NCBI GenBank assembly: GCA_026936335.1
Contig: JAPMXV010000035.1
Span: forward strand, 311,078-375,077
DNA length: 64,000 nucleotides
Direction: 5' to 3'
Source: Mantamonas sphyraenae STR306
Taxonomy: Eukaryota > Protista > CRuMs
Shown here: piece after piece, positions 45,787 to 56,320 of the stretch
Numbering within the stretch: the first letter of the stretch is position 1
Layout of the letters: each line of letters begins with the position of its first letter
Made by a program: the position numbers and the translations under genes
The notes under the pieces: generated by a model
Seen by the model: only the letters and a program-made list of their open reading frames with translations
Database searches by the model: none
What the model was told of the DNA's origin: nothing

Positions 45787-47259
45787 TCAGATCGGGGGCG
45801 GCTGGACTTGGGTGCCGCGGGGCGCGGTGGGGACGACGGGCTGGAGAAAGTCGTGGGGAATGTGGCCGGTCTGGGCAACGCGAGCATATTCTTCGGGGAG
45901 GGTGTTGAGCTCTGCGTAGTGTGCGGAGCGAATGCGGCGGACCTTCCAGCGGGTGTAGGCCCAGACAAGGACGGCGGCGATGATGGCGACGCCGATGAGG
46001 GAGTACTGCCACCAGGGGAAGGCCTCGAAGGATTGCTCGCGGGTAAAGACGGCAAAGGCGCCAGAGCCGGTGTCGACGACGACATTGAGGTTCTGGAGCG
46101 GGGTGCCGAGGGAGACGGTGGTGGTGTACTGGAGCTGGTCGGCGTTTGTGACGGGGACGGTGCTGGTGGAGCCAGAGGCGGTGTCGAGGGCGAGGACGTG
46201 GAGGGTGCGGGTGCGATCGGGGCGAGGGACACGGGTGCGTGTGAGGGTGTGGGTTGCAGGAGCTGTGGCAAGGGAGTAGTTGTAGTTGCGCTGCGCAAGG
46301 AGGAGCTCGGGGGCGTCGTCGTGGGTGAGGTTGTGGACGACGAGGACGTTGCGCATAAAGACGTCGCCGAGGAGAAAGACGTCTGGCATCTGAGCGTCGG
46401 TGCCGATGCACTGGCGCCATTCGTTGACGTCGGGCTTGTCTGCGTTGAGGATAAAGTCGTCAAAGGGGACGCGGAACTCCCAGCCGTTGATCTTGACATA
46501 GACGTCCGGGCGTGTGGTTGTGAGGTCGGGCCAGGTGCTGAGGGCAGACTCGAACCAGTTGAAGGCACTCTGCGGGTTGAGTTTGGTCTTGCCCGGGAGG
46601 AGGAGGCAGGAGGTGCCGGAGTCGACGACGGCGGTGGTGCCGGACGCAAAGGTGAAGGCCTTGGAAATGTGTGCGTCGGCAAGTCTGAGGGATTGGACCT
46701 GGATGCTGTAGGAGCGAATGGCACAGTCTGTGGAGCCGTCTGGGCCCTTGCACTCCTTTTGGAGCGGGGCGGAAACGAGGGGCGGTGTGAAACTGGCCGG
46801 ATCGTAGCCGCCGAGGTCGAGGTGGCCACCGTGCTTGGAAAGGAGGAGAGAAAACAGGCGGCGGGGCATGAGGTTGGGTGGAGTGGGGTCGAGAATGGAG
46901 GGAGGGCGGCGTGCGCGGCCAGAGAGGGTGTCGAGGAGGGAGGGAAGGGCTTTGGAAACGGCCGGGCTGAGGCCGAGGATGCCGTCGACGTGGGACCAGT
47001 TGCCCGAGGAGTTTGTGATGCAGCCAAAGGCGGCGCGTGCGTGGAAGGCGCCGAGGTGGGCGTGGTCTTCGCAGAGGTAGCCCTTGAGGGAGGAGTCGTC
47101 GAGGTAGGAGAGCTGGAAGGTGGTGGTGATGTGCTGGGTCTCGCCCGGCTTGTTGTAGGTGGAGGAGGCGGTGGGGGTGTAGTAGGTGCGTGCGTGTGCG
47201 TGGAGGGAGAGGAGAGCGATGGTGAGGAGGAGGAGAAGGAGGCGAGGGGGTTGGGCCAT
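45787..47259 (-). CDS. Pepsin-family (A1) aspartic protease, type I membrane protein, motifs in permuted order
   Basis: Signal peptide; SSTY, flap YLDDS, DGILGL, GGYD, DSGT (46623-46612), LGDVFMR, then GTPLQ..VVVDTGS (46074-46063), then a TM helix. Confidence 0.9.
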   Translation of the reverse strand: MAQPPRLLLLLLTIALLSLHAHARTYYTPTASSTYNKPGETQHITTTFQLSYLDDSSLKGYLCEDHAHLGAFHARAAFGCITNSSGNWSHVDGILGLSPAVSKALPSLLDTLSGRARRPPSILDPTPPNLMPRRLFSLLLSKHGGHLDLGGYDPASFTPPLVSAPLQKECKGPDGSTDCAIRSYSIQVQSLRLADAHISKAFTFASGTTAVVDSGTSCLLLPGKTKLNPQSAFNWFESALSTWPDLTTTRPDVYVKINGWEFRVPFDDFILNADKPDVNEWRQCIGTDAQMPDVFLLGDVFMRNVLVVHNLTHDDAPELLLAQRNYNYSLATAPATHTLTRTRVPRPDRTRTLHVLALDTASGSTSTVPVTNADQLQYTTTVSLGTPLQNLNVVVDTGSGAFAVFTREQSFEAFPWWQYSLIGVAIIAAVLVWAYTRWKVRRIRSAHYAELNTLPEEYARVAQTGHIPHDFLQPVVPTAPRGTQVQPPPI

Positions 47260-47302
47260 GGTGAAGGGAGGTGGGATTGTTGTGTTGGCGGCGGAGGAGG
47301 CA

Positions 47303-49098
47303 ATGTCGTCGTTCTGGCAAGGGAGCAATGGACGGGGCACCGGAGAGGAGCAGGGGTCGCCGTGGGCGCTGTCGTCAGCACTGGCAAAGTTGAATGATTC
47401 GCTGGACTTTGACAAGCTGAAGGAGAAGGAGGAAGGGGTGGGGCGGAGAAAGGTGGTGGCGGAGGTGGTGGAGGAGCAGGATGAACGGGAGGAGGAGCGG
47501 GAGGAGGAGCGGGAGGAGGAGCGGGAGGAGGAAGAGGAGGAGAAGAAGAAGCGCAGGGGCAAGGAAGTGGCAAAGGTGGTGGCGACGCCGCCAGGGACGC
47601 CGTCGCTGGGGAGTCGGCGGAAGCCGCCGAGTGCGCTGTCGTCTCGGCGTGCGGACGACGAGGTGGCACGGCTAAAGGAGGCGCTGGCACAGAGGGAGGC
47701 GCAGCTGGAGGCACACATTGCACGTGCGGCACAGTATCACGAGAGCGCGGAGCTGGAGGCACGTGCCGGGGACGTGGAGTCGCTGCGGGAAGAGTTTACG
47801 GCACGGCTGGCCGAGGCGCAGGGGAAGGTGAAGAGGCTGAGCGGACGGATCGAAACGCTAAAGGGGGAGCTGGCAGAGGCGCAAAAGGGGAAGGAGGAGG
47901 CGGAAGGGCTGCGGGCGGAGGGGGAACGGCTGGCGGAGGAGAACGGTCGGTTGCGGAGCGAGTTGAAGGAGGCGCGAGAGGAAGCAAAGGGCCTGCGGGA
48001 AAGCAACGGGGAGCTGCGAGCCAAGGTGGCGGCGATGCGAAAGACGCTGGAGGAGACGTCGTCGGCAGCAGAGTCGCAGCTGGACGCGTCGTTGGCGGAC
48101 ATGGAGGCGAGCATGCGTGCGCGGGAGGCGATTTCAAGGAGAATGAGGGGTCGTTCAAAGCGACGGTGCAGGAGCTTCGAGCGACGCTGCAGCGTGTGCA
48201 GGAGGGGGCGGAGAGGCGAGAGGAGGCGCTGCGGGCGGAAATCGGACAGTATCAGGAACAGGTGGAGGAAGCTGAGGGGAGGATCGCGGAACTGCAGGAA
48301 AGCGCAGGGGCGGCGGCGATACCGCTGATGAAGGAGACGGAGACGCTGCGGAAGCGAATTGGGTCGTTGAAAGAGGCTTGGGAGATGCGGGAGGGGACGC
48401 TTGTGGAACGTGCGGAGGACGCGGAGCGAGGGATGGCGGAGGCGGAGGCGAAGTGTGCGCGTGCACGTGCGGCGGCGCAGGAGGCGAAGCGGAGGTTGGT
48501 GCGTGCAGAGGGGCAAGCAAAAGAGAGGGAGGAGCGTGTGAGGGAGCTGGAGCGGCGTGTGGTGGAGCTGGAGGAGCGCGGGGTGGAGGTTGTGGAGAAG
48601 CGGGTGGAAGTGCCGGTGGAGAAGATTGTGGAGCGGGTGGTTGTGGAGCGGGTGGAGGTGCCTGTGGAAAAGATTGTGGAGCGTGTGGTGGAGGTGCCTG
48701 TGGAGGTGGAGGTTGCGGTGGAAGGGAGGGGCAAGGAGAAGGAGAGAGCGAGCGTGGGGACGCCAACGGATGGGGTGTATGTGGACGAGCAGCTGCAGAG
48801 GAGACTGGAGTTGAAGCAGGGGGAGTGCGAAAGCTTGAAGGAGAGGGTGCGTGGGCTGGAGCGGAAAATGGGGATGCTGGAGGGGGAGCTGGTGGAGGCG
48901 ACGGAGAAGCTGGAAGGGCTGCAGGGCGGGTTGGGGCGGGAGGAGGCCGGGAAGTTGCAGAGGAGCTACATGGCGTGCCTGGAGCTGCTGGGAGAAAAGA
49001 CAGAGGAGGTGGAGAGGCTGGAGGGGGATTTGCAGGAGGTGAAAGGGTTGTATCAGGAGGAAATTGCGGCGCTGATTGGGAGGCTGGAGGAAAGGTGA
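47303..49098 (+). CDS. TMF1: TMF1/Sgm1-like golgin coiled-coil protein (apparent -1 frameshift near 48130)
   Basis: Long coiled coil; C-terminal YMACLELLGEKTEEVERLEGDLQEVKGLY matches the TMF C-terminal motif. Confidence 0.82.
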
Positions 49099-49174
49099 TG
49101 GTCGCAGAGGTCGGATGTCGACGCGGAGACGGAGGGGTGGGTAGTGGGGGGAGCGGGTGGATATGTGAACAAAC

Positions 49175-49245
49175 ACGCCGCTGGTGTAGTGGTAACATAG
49201 GTGCCTTCCAAGCACTTGCTTCGGGTTCGATTCCCGAGCGGCGTA
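49175..49245 (+). tRNA. tRNA-Gly(TCC)
   Basis: Acceptor ACGCCGC/GCGGCGT; anticodon arm GTGC-CTTCCAA-GCAC; GGTTCGATTCC; downstream T-run. Confidence 0.93.
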
Positions 49246-49439
49246 CTCTTTTTGGGGATTTTTTTTGGTGGTGGAGTGGGGGGTAGGGTGGGTGGGGTAG
49301 GGTGGGTGGGGTAGGGTGGGAGAGGGAGAGGGAGGGTGGAGGGTGGAAGGAGGGGGGAAGGAGGGAGGAAGGAAGGGTTGGCGCAGGCGCAGCAAGAGTT
49401 TTTTCGTTTTTTGGGTTCCCTCTTTGTCAGCTTGAAGAG

Positions 49440-49958
49440 ATGCGCGTCTTGGTTGCTCTGACTGTTGTGGTTGCATGCTGCGCAGCGTTTGCAGTGGGCG
49501 CTCCGGCGCCGCCGACTATCCCGTCGTTCACGTCACAGCTGAAGGAAGTCAATCTGCACAGCAAGCCGTGGTGGGGCACGTTTGCACTGGACGTGGCCGG
49601 GAACCAGATGCTGATGGACGTCAACATCAACGGGACGTCGGAGTACGACACGTTGCTGACGGGAGGCAACATGTACGTGGTGCAGAACAATCTGTTCTGC
49701 GACAAGACGGCGGATTCACGCAAGGCCACTTTCATTTGGGAGGGCTTGCCGAAGACGACGTACAACGGCACGTCGGTGATCAACGGCGTCACTGTGTCCA
49801 ACTATGTGTTGGCAGGAAAGATCTACTACCAGTTTACCGACTCGAACACGCCGTACTATGCTCTGTGGAGCGGGATCGAGCTGTGGTTTGAGGACGTCAA
49901 GGTGCAGACGCCGCCGAAGGGGACATTTGACGTGCCCAGCTGCTGCAACAGCGAGTGA
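49440..49958 (+). CDS. Small secreted protein, ependymin-related (EPDR)-like
   Basis: Signal peptide, beta-rich body, central Cys and terminal FDVPSCC pattern. Family call is tentative. Confidence 0.6.
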   Translation: MRVLVALTVVVACCAAFAVGAPAPPTIPSFTSQLKEVNLHSKPWWGTFALDVAGNQMLMDVNINGTSEYDTLLTGGNMYVVQNNLFCDKTADSRKATFIWEGLPKTTYNGTSVINGVTVSNYVLAGKIYYQFTDSNTPYYALWSGIELWFEDVKVQTPPKGTFDVPSCCNSE

Positions 49959-49968
49959 TTGTGCGGTT

Positions 49969-49981
49969 GACGGGGAGAAGG

Positions 49982-50041
<60 letters not shown>

Positions 50042-50090
50042 ATGCTTCCTAGCAGAGGCACTCTCGATCCGCCGTGGTGACGGGAGAAGG

Positions 50091-50128
<38 letters not shown>

Positions 50129-50131
50129 ATG
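49969..50131 (+). repeat. Two (GA)n microsatellites within a duplicated GGGAGAAGGCG-(GA)n-GGGAATG unit
   Basis: Directly visible. Confidence 0.9.
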
Positions 50132-50235
50132 TAGGAGGGATCCGCCGTGGTCGCGTGGGCGGTTTGGTGATGGTGGAAGCAGACACCTGTAACTGAGGGT
50201 GGAGCATAGTAGAGGTGAAAAAAACGGAAAACGCG

Positions 50236-50306
50236 ACGACTGTGGTGTAGGGGTAACATACACGCTTCCCAAGCGTGTGCCTCGGGTTCGATTCCCGGCT
50301 GTCGTA
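50236..50306 (+). tRNA. tRNA-Gly(CCC)
   Basis: Acceptor ACGACTG/CTGTCGT with one T-T mismatch; anticodon arm CACGC-TTCCCAA-GCGTG; GGTTCGATTCC; T-run terminator. Confidence 0.88.
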
Positions 50307-50339
50307 CTTTTTTTTGCGCGCGAGTGGAGTTGAGAGCAG

Positions 50340-53300
50340 GATGCATCCAGGCATCCACAGTGTGGGTAAAGGGCAGGAGGATGGTGTGTGGGCGGTTGGT
50401 ATGGTGCCAGGCCACCCATGGAGCCGAGGCCGGGGCAGGCGACAAAACGGCGAAAACCAGGAACGCAGGGTTCATAAAGGTTTCAGCGCTAAAGAACTCG
50501 ACGAATTGGAGGCAAAGACGTGCGGCCACCGCAGCCAGCAACGGCGTGCCCAGCACGCACCCAGGCATGCACAGTGTGGGTAAAGGGCAGGAGGATGGTG
50601 TGTGGGTGGTTGGTATGGTGCCAGACCACCTGTGGGGCCGAGGCCGGGGCAGGCGACAAAACGGCGAAAACCAGGAACGCAGGGTTCAACCAGGTTTTAG
50701 ACCTGGAAAAATGGACGAATTGGAGCCAAGAACGTTTTTCACTTGGGCGGCCACTCCAGCCAGCAACGGCGTATCCAGCACGCACCCAGGCATGCACAGT
50801 GTGGGTAAAGGGCAGGAGGATGGTGTGTGGGTGGTTGGTATGGTGCCAGACCACCTGTGGGGCCGAGGCCGGGGCAGGCGACAAAACGGCGAAAACCAGG
50901 AACGCAGGGTTCAACCATCTTAGACCTGGAAACAAGGGACGAATTGGAGCGAAGAACGTTTTTCACTTGCGTGCGGCCGCTCCAGCCAGCAACGGCGTAT
51001 CCAGCACGCACCCAGGCATGCACAGTGTGGGTAAAGGGCAAGAGGATGGTGTGTGGGTGGTTGGTATGGTGCCAGGCCACCCATGGAGCCGAGGCCGGGG
51101 CAGGCGACAAAACGGCGAAAGCCAGGAACGCAGGGTTCAACCAGGTTTTAGACCTGGAGAAATGGACGAATTGGAGCCAAGAACGATTTTCACTTGGGCG
51201 GCCGCTCCAGCCAGCAACGGCGCACGCAACACGCACCCAGGCATGCACAGTGTGGGTAAAGGGCAGGAGGATGGTGTGTGGGTGGTTGGGTATGGTGCCA
51301 GGCCACCCATGGAGCCGAGGCCGGGGCAGGCGACAAAACGGCGAAAGCCAGGAACGCAGGGTTCAACCAGGTTTTAGACCTGGAGAAATGGACGAATTGG
51401 AGCCAAGAACGATTTTCACTTGGGCGGCCGCTCCAGCCAGCAACGGCGTACCCAGCACGCACCCAGGCATGCACAGTGTGGGTAAAGGGCAGGAGGATGG
51501 TGTGTGGGCGGTTGGTATGGTGCCAGGCCACCTGTGGAGCCGAGGCAGGGGCAGGCGACAAAACGGCGAAAACGGTTCATCGAGCTTGACGATCTTGGCC
51601 AAACAAGGGTGGGTCGGCGAATTGGAGCCAAATGCGTGCGGCCGCTCCAGCCAGCAACGGCGCACGCAACACGCACCCAGGCATGCACAGTGTGGGTAAA
51701 GGGCAGGAGGATGGTGTGTGGGTGGTTGGGTATGGTGCCAGGCCACCCATGGAGCCGAGGCCGGGGCAGGCGACAAAACGGCGAAAGCCAGGAACGCAGG
51801 GTTCAACCAGGTTTTAGTCCTGGAGAAATGGACGAATTGGAGCCGGAGACGTTTTTCACTTGGGCGGCCGCTCCAGCCAGCAACGGCGTACCCAGCACGC
51901 ACCCAGGCATGCACAGTGTGGGTAAAGGGCAGGAGGATGGTGTGTGGGCGGTTGGTATGGTGCCAGGCCACCTGTGGAGCCGAGGCAGGGGCAGGCGACA
52001 AAACGGCGAAAACGGTTCATCGAGCTTGACGATCTTGGCCAAACAAGGGTGGGTCGGCGAATTGGAGCCAAATGCGTGCGGCCGCTCCAGCCAGCAACGG
52101 CGAGCCCAGCACGCACCCAGGCATGCACAGTGTGGGTAAAGGGCAAGAGGATGGTGTGTGGGCGGTTGGTATGGTGCTAGGCGACCTGTGGAGCCGAGGC
52201 CGGGGCAGGCGACAAAACGGCGAAAACCAGGAACGCAGGGTTCAAGTTGGTTTTAGTCCTGGAGAAATGGACGAATTGGAGCCAAATGCGTGCGGCCGCC
52301 GCAGCCAGCAACGGCGTATCCAGCACGCACCCAGGCATGCACAGTGTGGGTAAAGGGCAGGAGGATGGTGTGTGGGCGGTTGGTATGGTGCCAGGCGACC
52401 TGTGGAGCCGAGGCCGGGGCAGGCGACAAAACGGCGAAAACGGTTCATCGAGCTTGACGATCTTGGCCAAAACAAGGGTGGGTCGGCGAATTGGAGCCAA
52501 ATGCGTGCGGCCGCCGCAGCCAGCAACGGCGAACCCAGCACGCACCCAGGCATGCACAGCGTGGGTAAAGGGCAAGAGGATGGTGTGTGGGCGGTTGGTA
52601 TGGTGCTAGGCGACCTGTGGAGCCGAGGCCGGGGCAGGCGACAAAACGGCGAAAACGGTTCATCGAGCTTGACGATCTTGGCCAAAACAAGGGTGGGTCG
52701 GCGAATTGGAGCCAAATGCGTGCGGCCGCCGCAGCCAGCAACGGCGAACCCAGCACGCACCCAGGCATGCACAGTGTGGGTAAAGGGCAAGAGGATGGTG
52801 TGTGGGTGGTTGGTATGGTGCTAGGCGACCTGTGGAGCCGAGGCCGGGGCAGGCGACAAAACGGCGAAAACGGTTCATCGAGCTTGACGATCTTGGCCAA
52901 ACAAGGGTGGGTCGGCGAATTGGAGCCAAATGCGTGCGGCCGCCGCAGCCAGCAACGGCGTACCCAGCACGCACCCAGGCATGCACAGCGTGGGTAAAGG
53001 GCAAGAGGATGGTGTGTGGGCGGTTGGTATGGTGCTAGGCGACCTGTGGAGCCGAGGCCGGGGCAGGCGACAAAACGGCGAAAACCAGGAACGCAGGGTT
53101 CAAGTTGGTTTTAGTCCTGGAGAAATGGACGAATTGGAGCCAAATGCGTGCGGCCGCCGCAGCCAGCAACGGCGTATCCAGCACGCACCAGGCATGCACA
53201 GCGTGGGTAAAGGGCAAGAGGATGGTGTGTGGGCGGTTGGTATGGTGCCAGGCGACCTGTGGAGCCGAGGCCGGGGCAGGCGACAAAACGGCGAAAACGG

Positions 53301-56067
53301 TTCATCGAGCTTGACGATCTTGGCCAAAACAAGGGTGGGTCGGCGAATTGGAGCCAAATGCGTGCGGCCGCCGCAGCCAGCAACGGCGAACCCAGCACGC
53401 ACCCAGGCATGCACAGTGTGGGTAAAGGGCAAGAGGATGGTGTGTGGGCGGTTGGTATGGTGCTAGGCGACCTATGGAGCCGAGGCCGGGGCAGGCGACA
53501 AAACGGCGAAAACCAGGAACGCAGGGTTGAAAAGGGTTTTAATCCTGGAGAAATGGACGAATTGGAGCCGGAGACGTTTTTCACTTGGGCGGCCGCTCCA
53601 GCCAGCAACGGCGAACCCAGCACGCACCCAGGCATGCACAGTGTGGGTAAAGGGCAGGAGGATGGTGTGTGGGCGGTTGGTATGGTGCCAGGCGACCTAT
53701 GGAGCCGAGGCCGGGGCAGGCGACAAAACGGCGAAAACCAGGAACGCAGGGTTCAACCAGGTTTTAGACCTGGAAAAATGGACGAATTGGAGCCGGAGAC
53801 GTTTTTCACTTGGGCGGCCGCCGCAGCCAGCAACGGCGCACGCAACACGCACCCAGGCATGCACAGTGTGGGTAAAGGGCAAGAGGATGGTGTGTGGGTG
53901 GTTGGTATGGTGCCAGGCGACCCGTGGGGCCGAGGCCGGGGCAGGCGACAAAACGGCGAAAACCAGGAACGCAGGGTTCAAATTAGGTTTTACTCCTGGA
54001 GAAATGGACGAATTGGAGCCGGAGACGTTTTTCACTTGGGCGGCCGCCGCAGCCAGCAACAGCGTACCCAGCACGCACCCAGGCATGCACAGTGTGGGTA
54101 AAGGGCAAGAGGATGGTGTGTGGGCGGTTGGTATGGTGCCAGGCGACCCGTGGGGCCGAGGCCGGGGCAGGCGACAAAACGGCGAAAACGGTTCATCGAG
54201 CTTGACGATCTTGGCCAAACAAGGGTGGGTCGGCGAATTGGAGCCAAATGCGTGCGGCCGCCGCAGCCAGCAACGGCGTACCCAGCACGCACCCAGGCAT
54301 GCACAGTGTGGGTAAAGGGCAAGAGGATGGTGTGTGGGCGGTTGGTATGGTGCCAGGCCACCTGTGGGGCCGAGGCCGGGGCAGGCGACAAAACGGCGAA
54401 AACCAGGAACGCAGGGTTCAAATTAGGTTTTACTCCTGGAGAAATGGACGAATTGGAGCCGGAGACGTTTTTCACTTGGGCGGCCGCCGCAGCCAGCAAC
54501 GGCGCACGCAACACGCACCCAGGCATGCACAGTGTGGGTAAAGGGCAAGAGGATGGTGTGTGGGTGGTTGGTATGGTGCCAGGCGACCTGTGGGGCCGAG
54601 GCCGGGGCAGGCGACAAAACGGCGAAAACCAGGAACGCAGGGTTCAAATGGGCTTCAGTGCTAGAGAACTGGACGAATTGGAGCCAGATACGTTTTTCAC
54701 TTGGGCGGCCGCCGCAGCCAGCAACGGCGTATCCAGCACGCACCCAGGCATGCACAGCGTGGGTAAAGGGCAGGAGGATGGTGTGTGGGCGGTTGGTATG
54801 GTGCCAGGCGACCTGTGGGGCCGAGGCCGGGGCAGGCGACAAAACGGCGAAAACGGTTCATCGAGCTTGACGATCTTGGCCAAACAAGGGTGGGTCGGCG
54901 AATTGGAGCCAAATGCGTGCGGCCGCCGCAGCCAGCAACGGCGTACCCAGCACGCACCCAGGCATGCACAGTGTGGGTAAAGGGCAAGAGGATGGTGTGT
55001 GGGCGGTTGGTATGGTGCCAGGCCACCTGTGGAGCCGAGGCCGGGGCAGGCGACAAAACGGCGAAAACCAGGAACGCAGGGTTCAAAAAGGATTTAGTGC
55101 CAAAGCACTGGACGAATTGGAGCTAAAGACGTTTTTCACTTGGGCTGCCGCTCCAGCCAGCAACGGCGTACCCAGCACGCACCCAGGCATGCACAGTGTG
55201 GGTAAAGGGCAAGAGGATGGTGTGTGGGCGGTTGGTATGTTGCCAGGCCACCCGTGGGGCCGAGGCCGGGGCAGGCGACAAAACGGCGAAAACCAGGAAC
55301 GCAGGGTTCAAATTAGGTTTTACTCCTGGAGAAATGGACGAATTGGAGCCGGAGACGTTTTTCACTTGGGCGGCCGCCGCAGCCAGCAACAGCGTACCCA
55401 GCACGCACCCAGGCATGCACAGTGTGGGTAAAGGGCAAGAGGATGGTGTGTGGGCGGTTGGTATGGTGCCAGGCGACCCGTGGGGCCGAGGCCGGGGCAG
55501 GCGACAAAACGGCGAAAACGGTTCATCGAGCTTGACGATCTTGGCCAAACAAGGGTGGGTCGGCGAATTGGAGCCAAATGCGTGCGGCCGCCGCAGCCAG
55601 CAACGGCGTACCCAGCACGCACCCAGGCATGCACAGTGTGGGTAAAGGGCAAGAGGATGGTGTGTGGGCGGTTGGTATGGTGCCAGGCCACCCGTGGGGC
55701 CGAGGCCGGGGCAGGCGACAAAACGGCGAAAACCAGGAACGCAGGGTTCAAATTAGGTTTTAGTCCTGGAGAAATGGACGAATTGGAGCCGGAGACGTTT
55801 TTCACTTGGGCGGCCGCCGCAGCCAGCAACAGCGTACCCAGCACGCACCCAGGCATGCACAGTGTGGGTAAAGGGCAAGAGGATGGTGTGTGGGCGGTTG
55901 GTATGGTGCCAGGCGACCTGTGGAGCCGAGGCCGGGGCAGGCGACAAAACGGCGAAAACGGTTCATCGAGCTTGACGATCTTGGCCAAACAAGGGTGGGT
56001 CGGCGAATTGGAGCCAAATGCGTGCGGCCGCCGCAGCCAGCAACGGCGTACCCAGCACGCACCCAGG
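50340..56067. repeat. Tandem array of 26 units of 213-226 bp with a conserved core and interchangeable modules
   Basis: CCAGGCAT(G/C)CACAG recurs at 50347, 50561, 50786, 51012 ... 55849, with a truncated start at 56063. Confidence 0.97.
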
Positions 56068-56246
56068 ACCCAGAACATGATCAAAAACCTGTACTGCAAT
56101 GTATGATCCTCATCCTACATCCATTGTGCCGGCATACGTTGCTTCAACGAGCTGCGCACAAAAGTCGCGACAATCATTCGGTCGCAGCTTAGTTTGCTCG
56201 CATGCCAAGACCAAGACCATTATCGCACTGTTTTCCCTTCAGGGCC

Positions 56247-56320
56247 ACCTGCGTAGCTCAGTTGGTTAGAGCATTCGACTTTTAATCGAAGGGTCGGGGG
56301 TTCGAGCCCCCCCGTGGGGG
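56247..56320 (+). tRNA. tRNA-Lys(TTT)
   Basis: TAGCTCAGTTGGTTAGAGC D-arm; TTCGA-CTTTTAA-TCGAA anticodon arm; GGGGG-TTCGAGC-CCCCC T-arm; T-run; first acceptor pair mismatched (A:G). Confidence 0.87.

Noticed and set aside
50340-56067. CRISPR array
   Set aside because: The constant part is far longer than a CRISPR repeat, the variable segments are related and reused, no cas genes are present and the context is eukaryotic.
50340-56067. 5S rRNA, snRNA or spliced-leader RNA gene array
   Set aside because: No recognisable 5S or U-snRNA sequence and no convincing Sm site. It cannot be fully excluded without an Rfam search.
50324-56192. Many ORFs across the tandem array
   Set aside because: Unit lengths of 214, 215 and 226 bp break the frame repeatedly and ORFs appear on both strands, so no continuous CDS is supportable.
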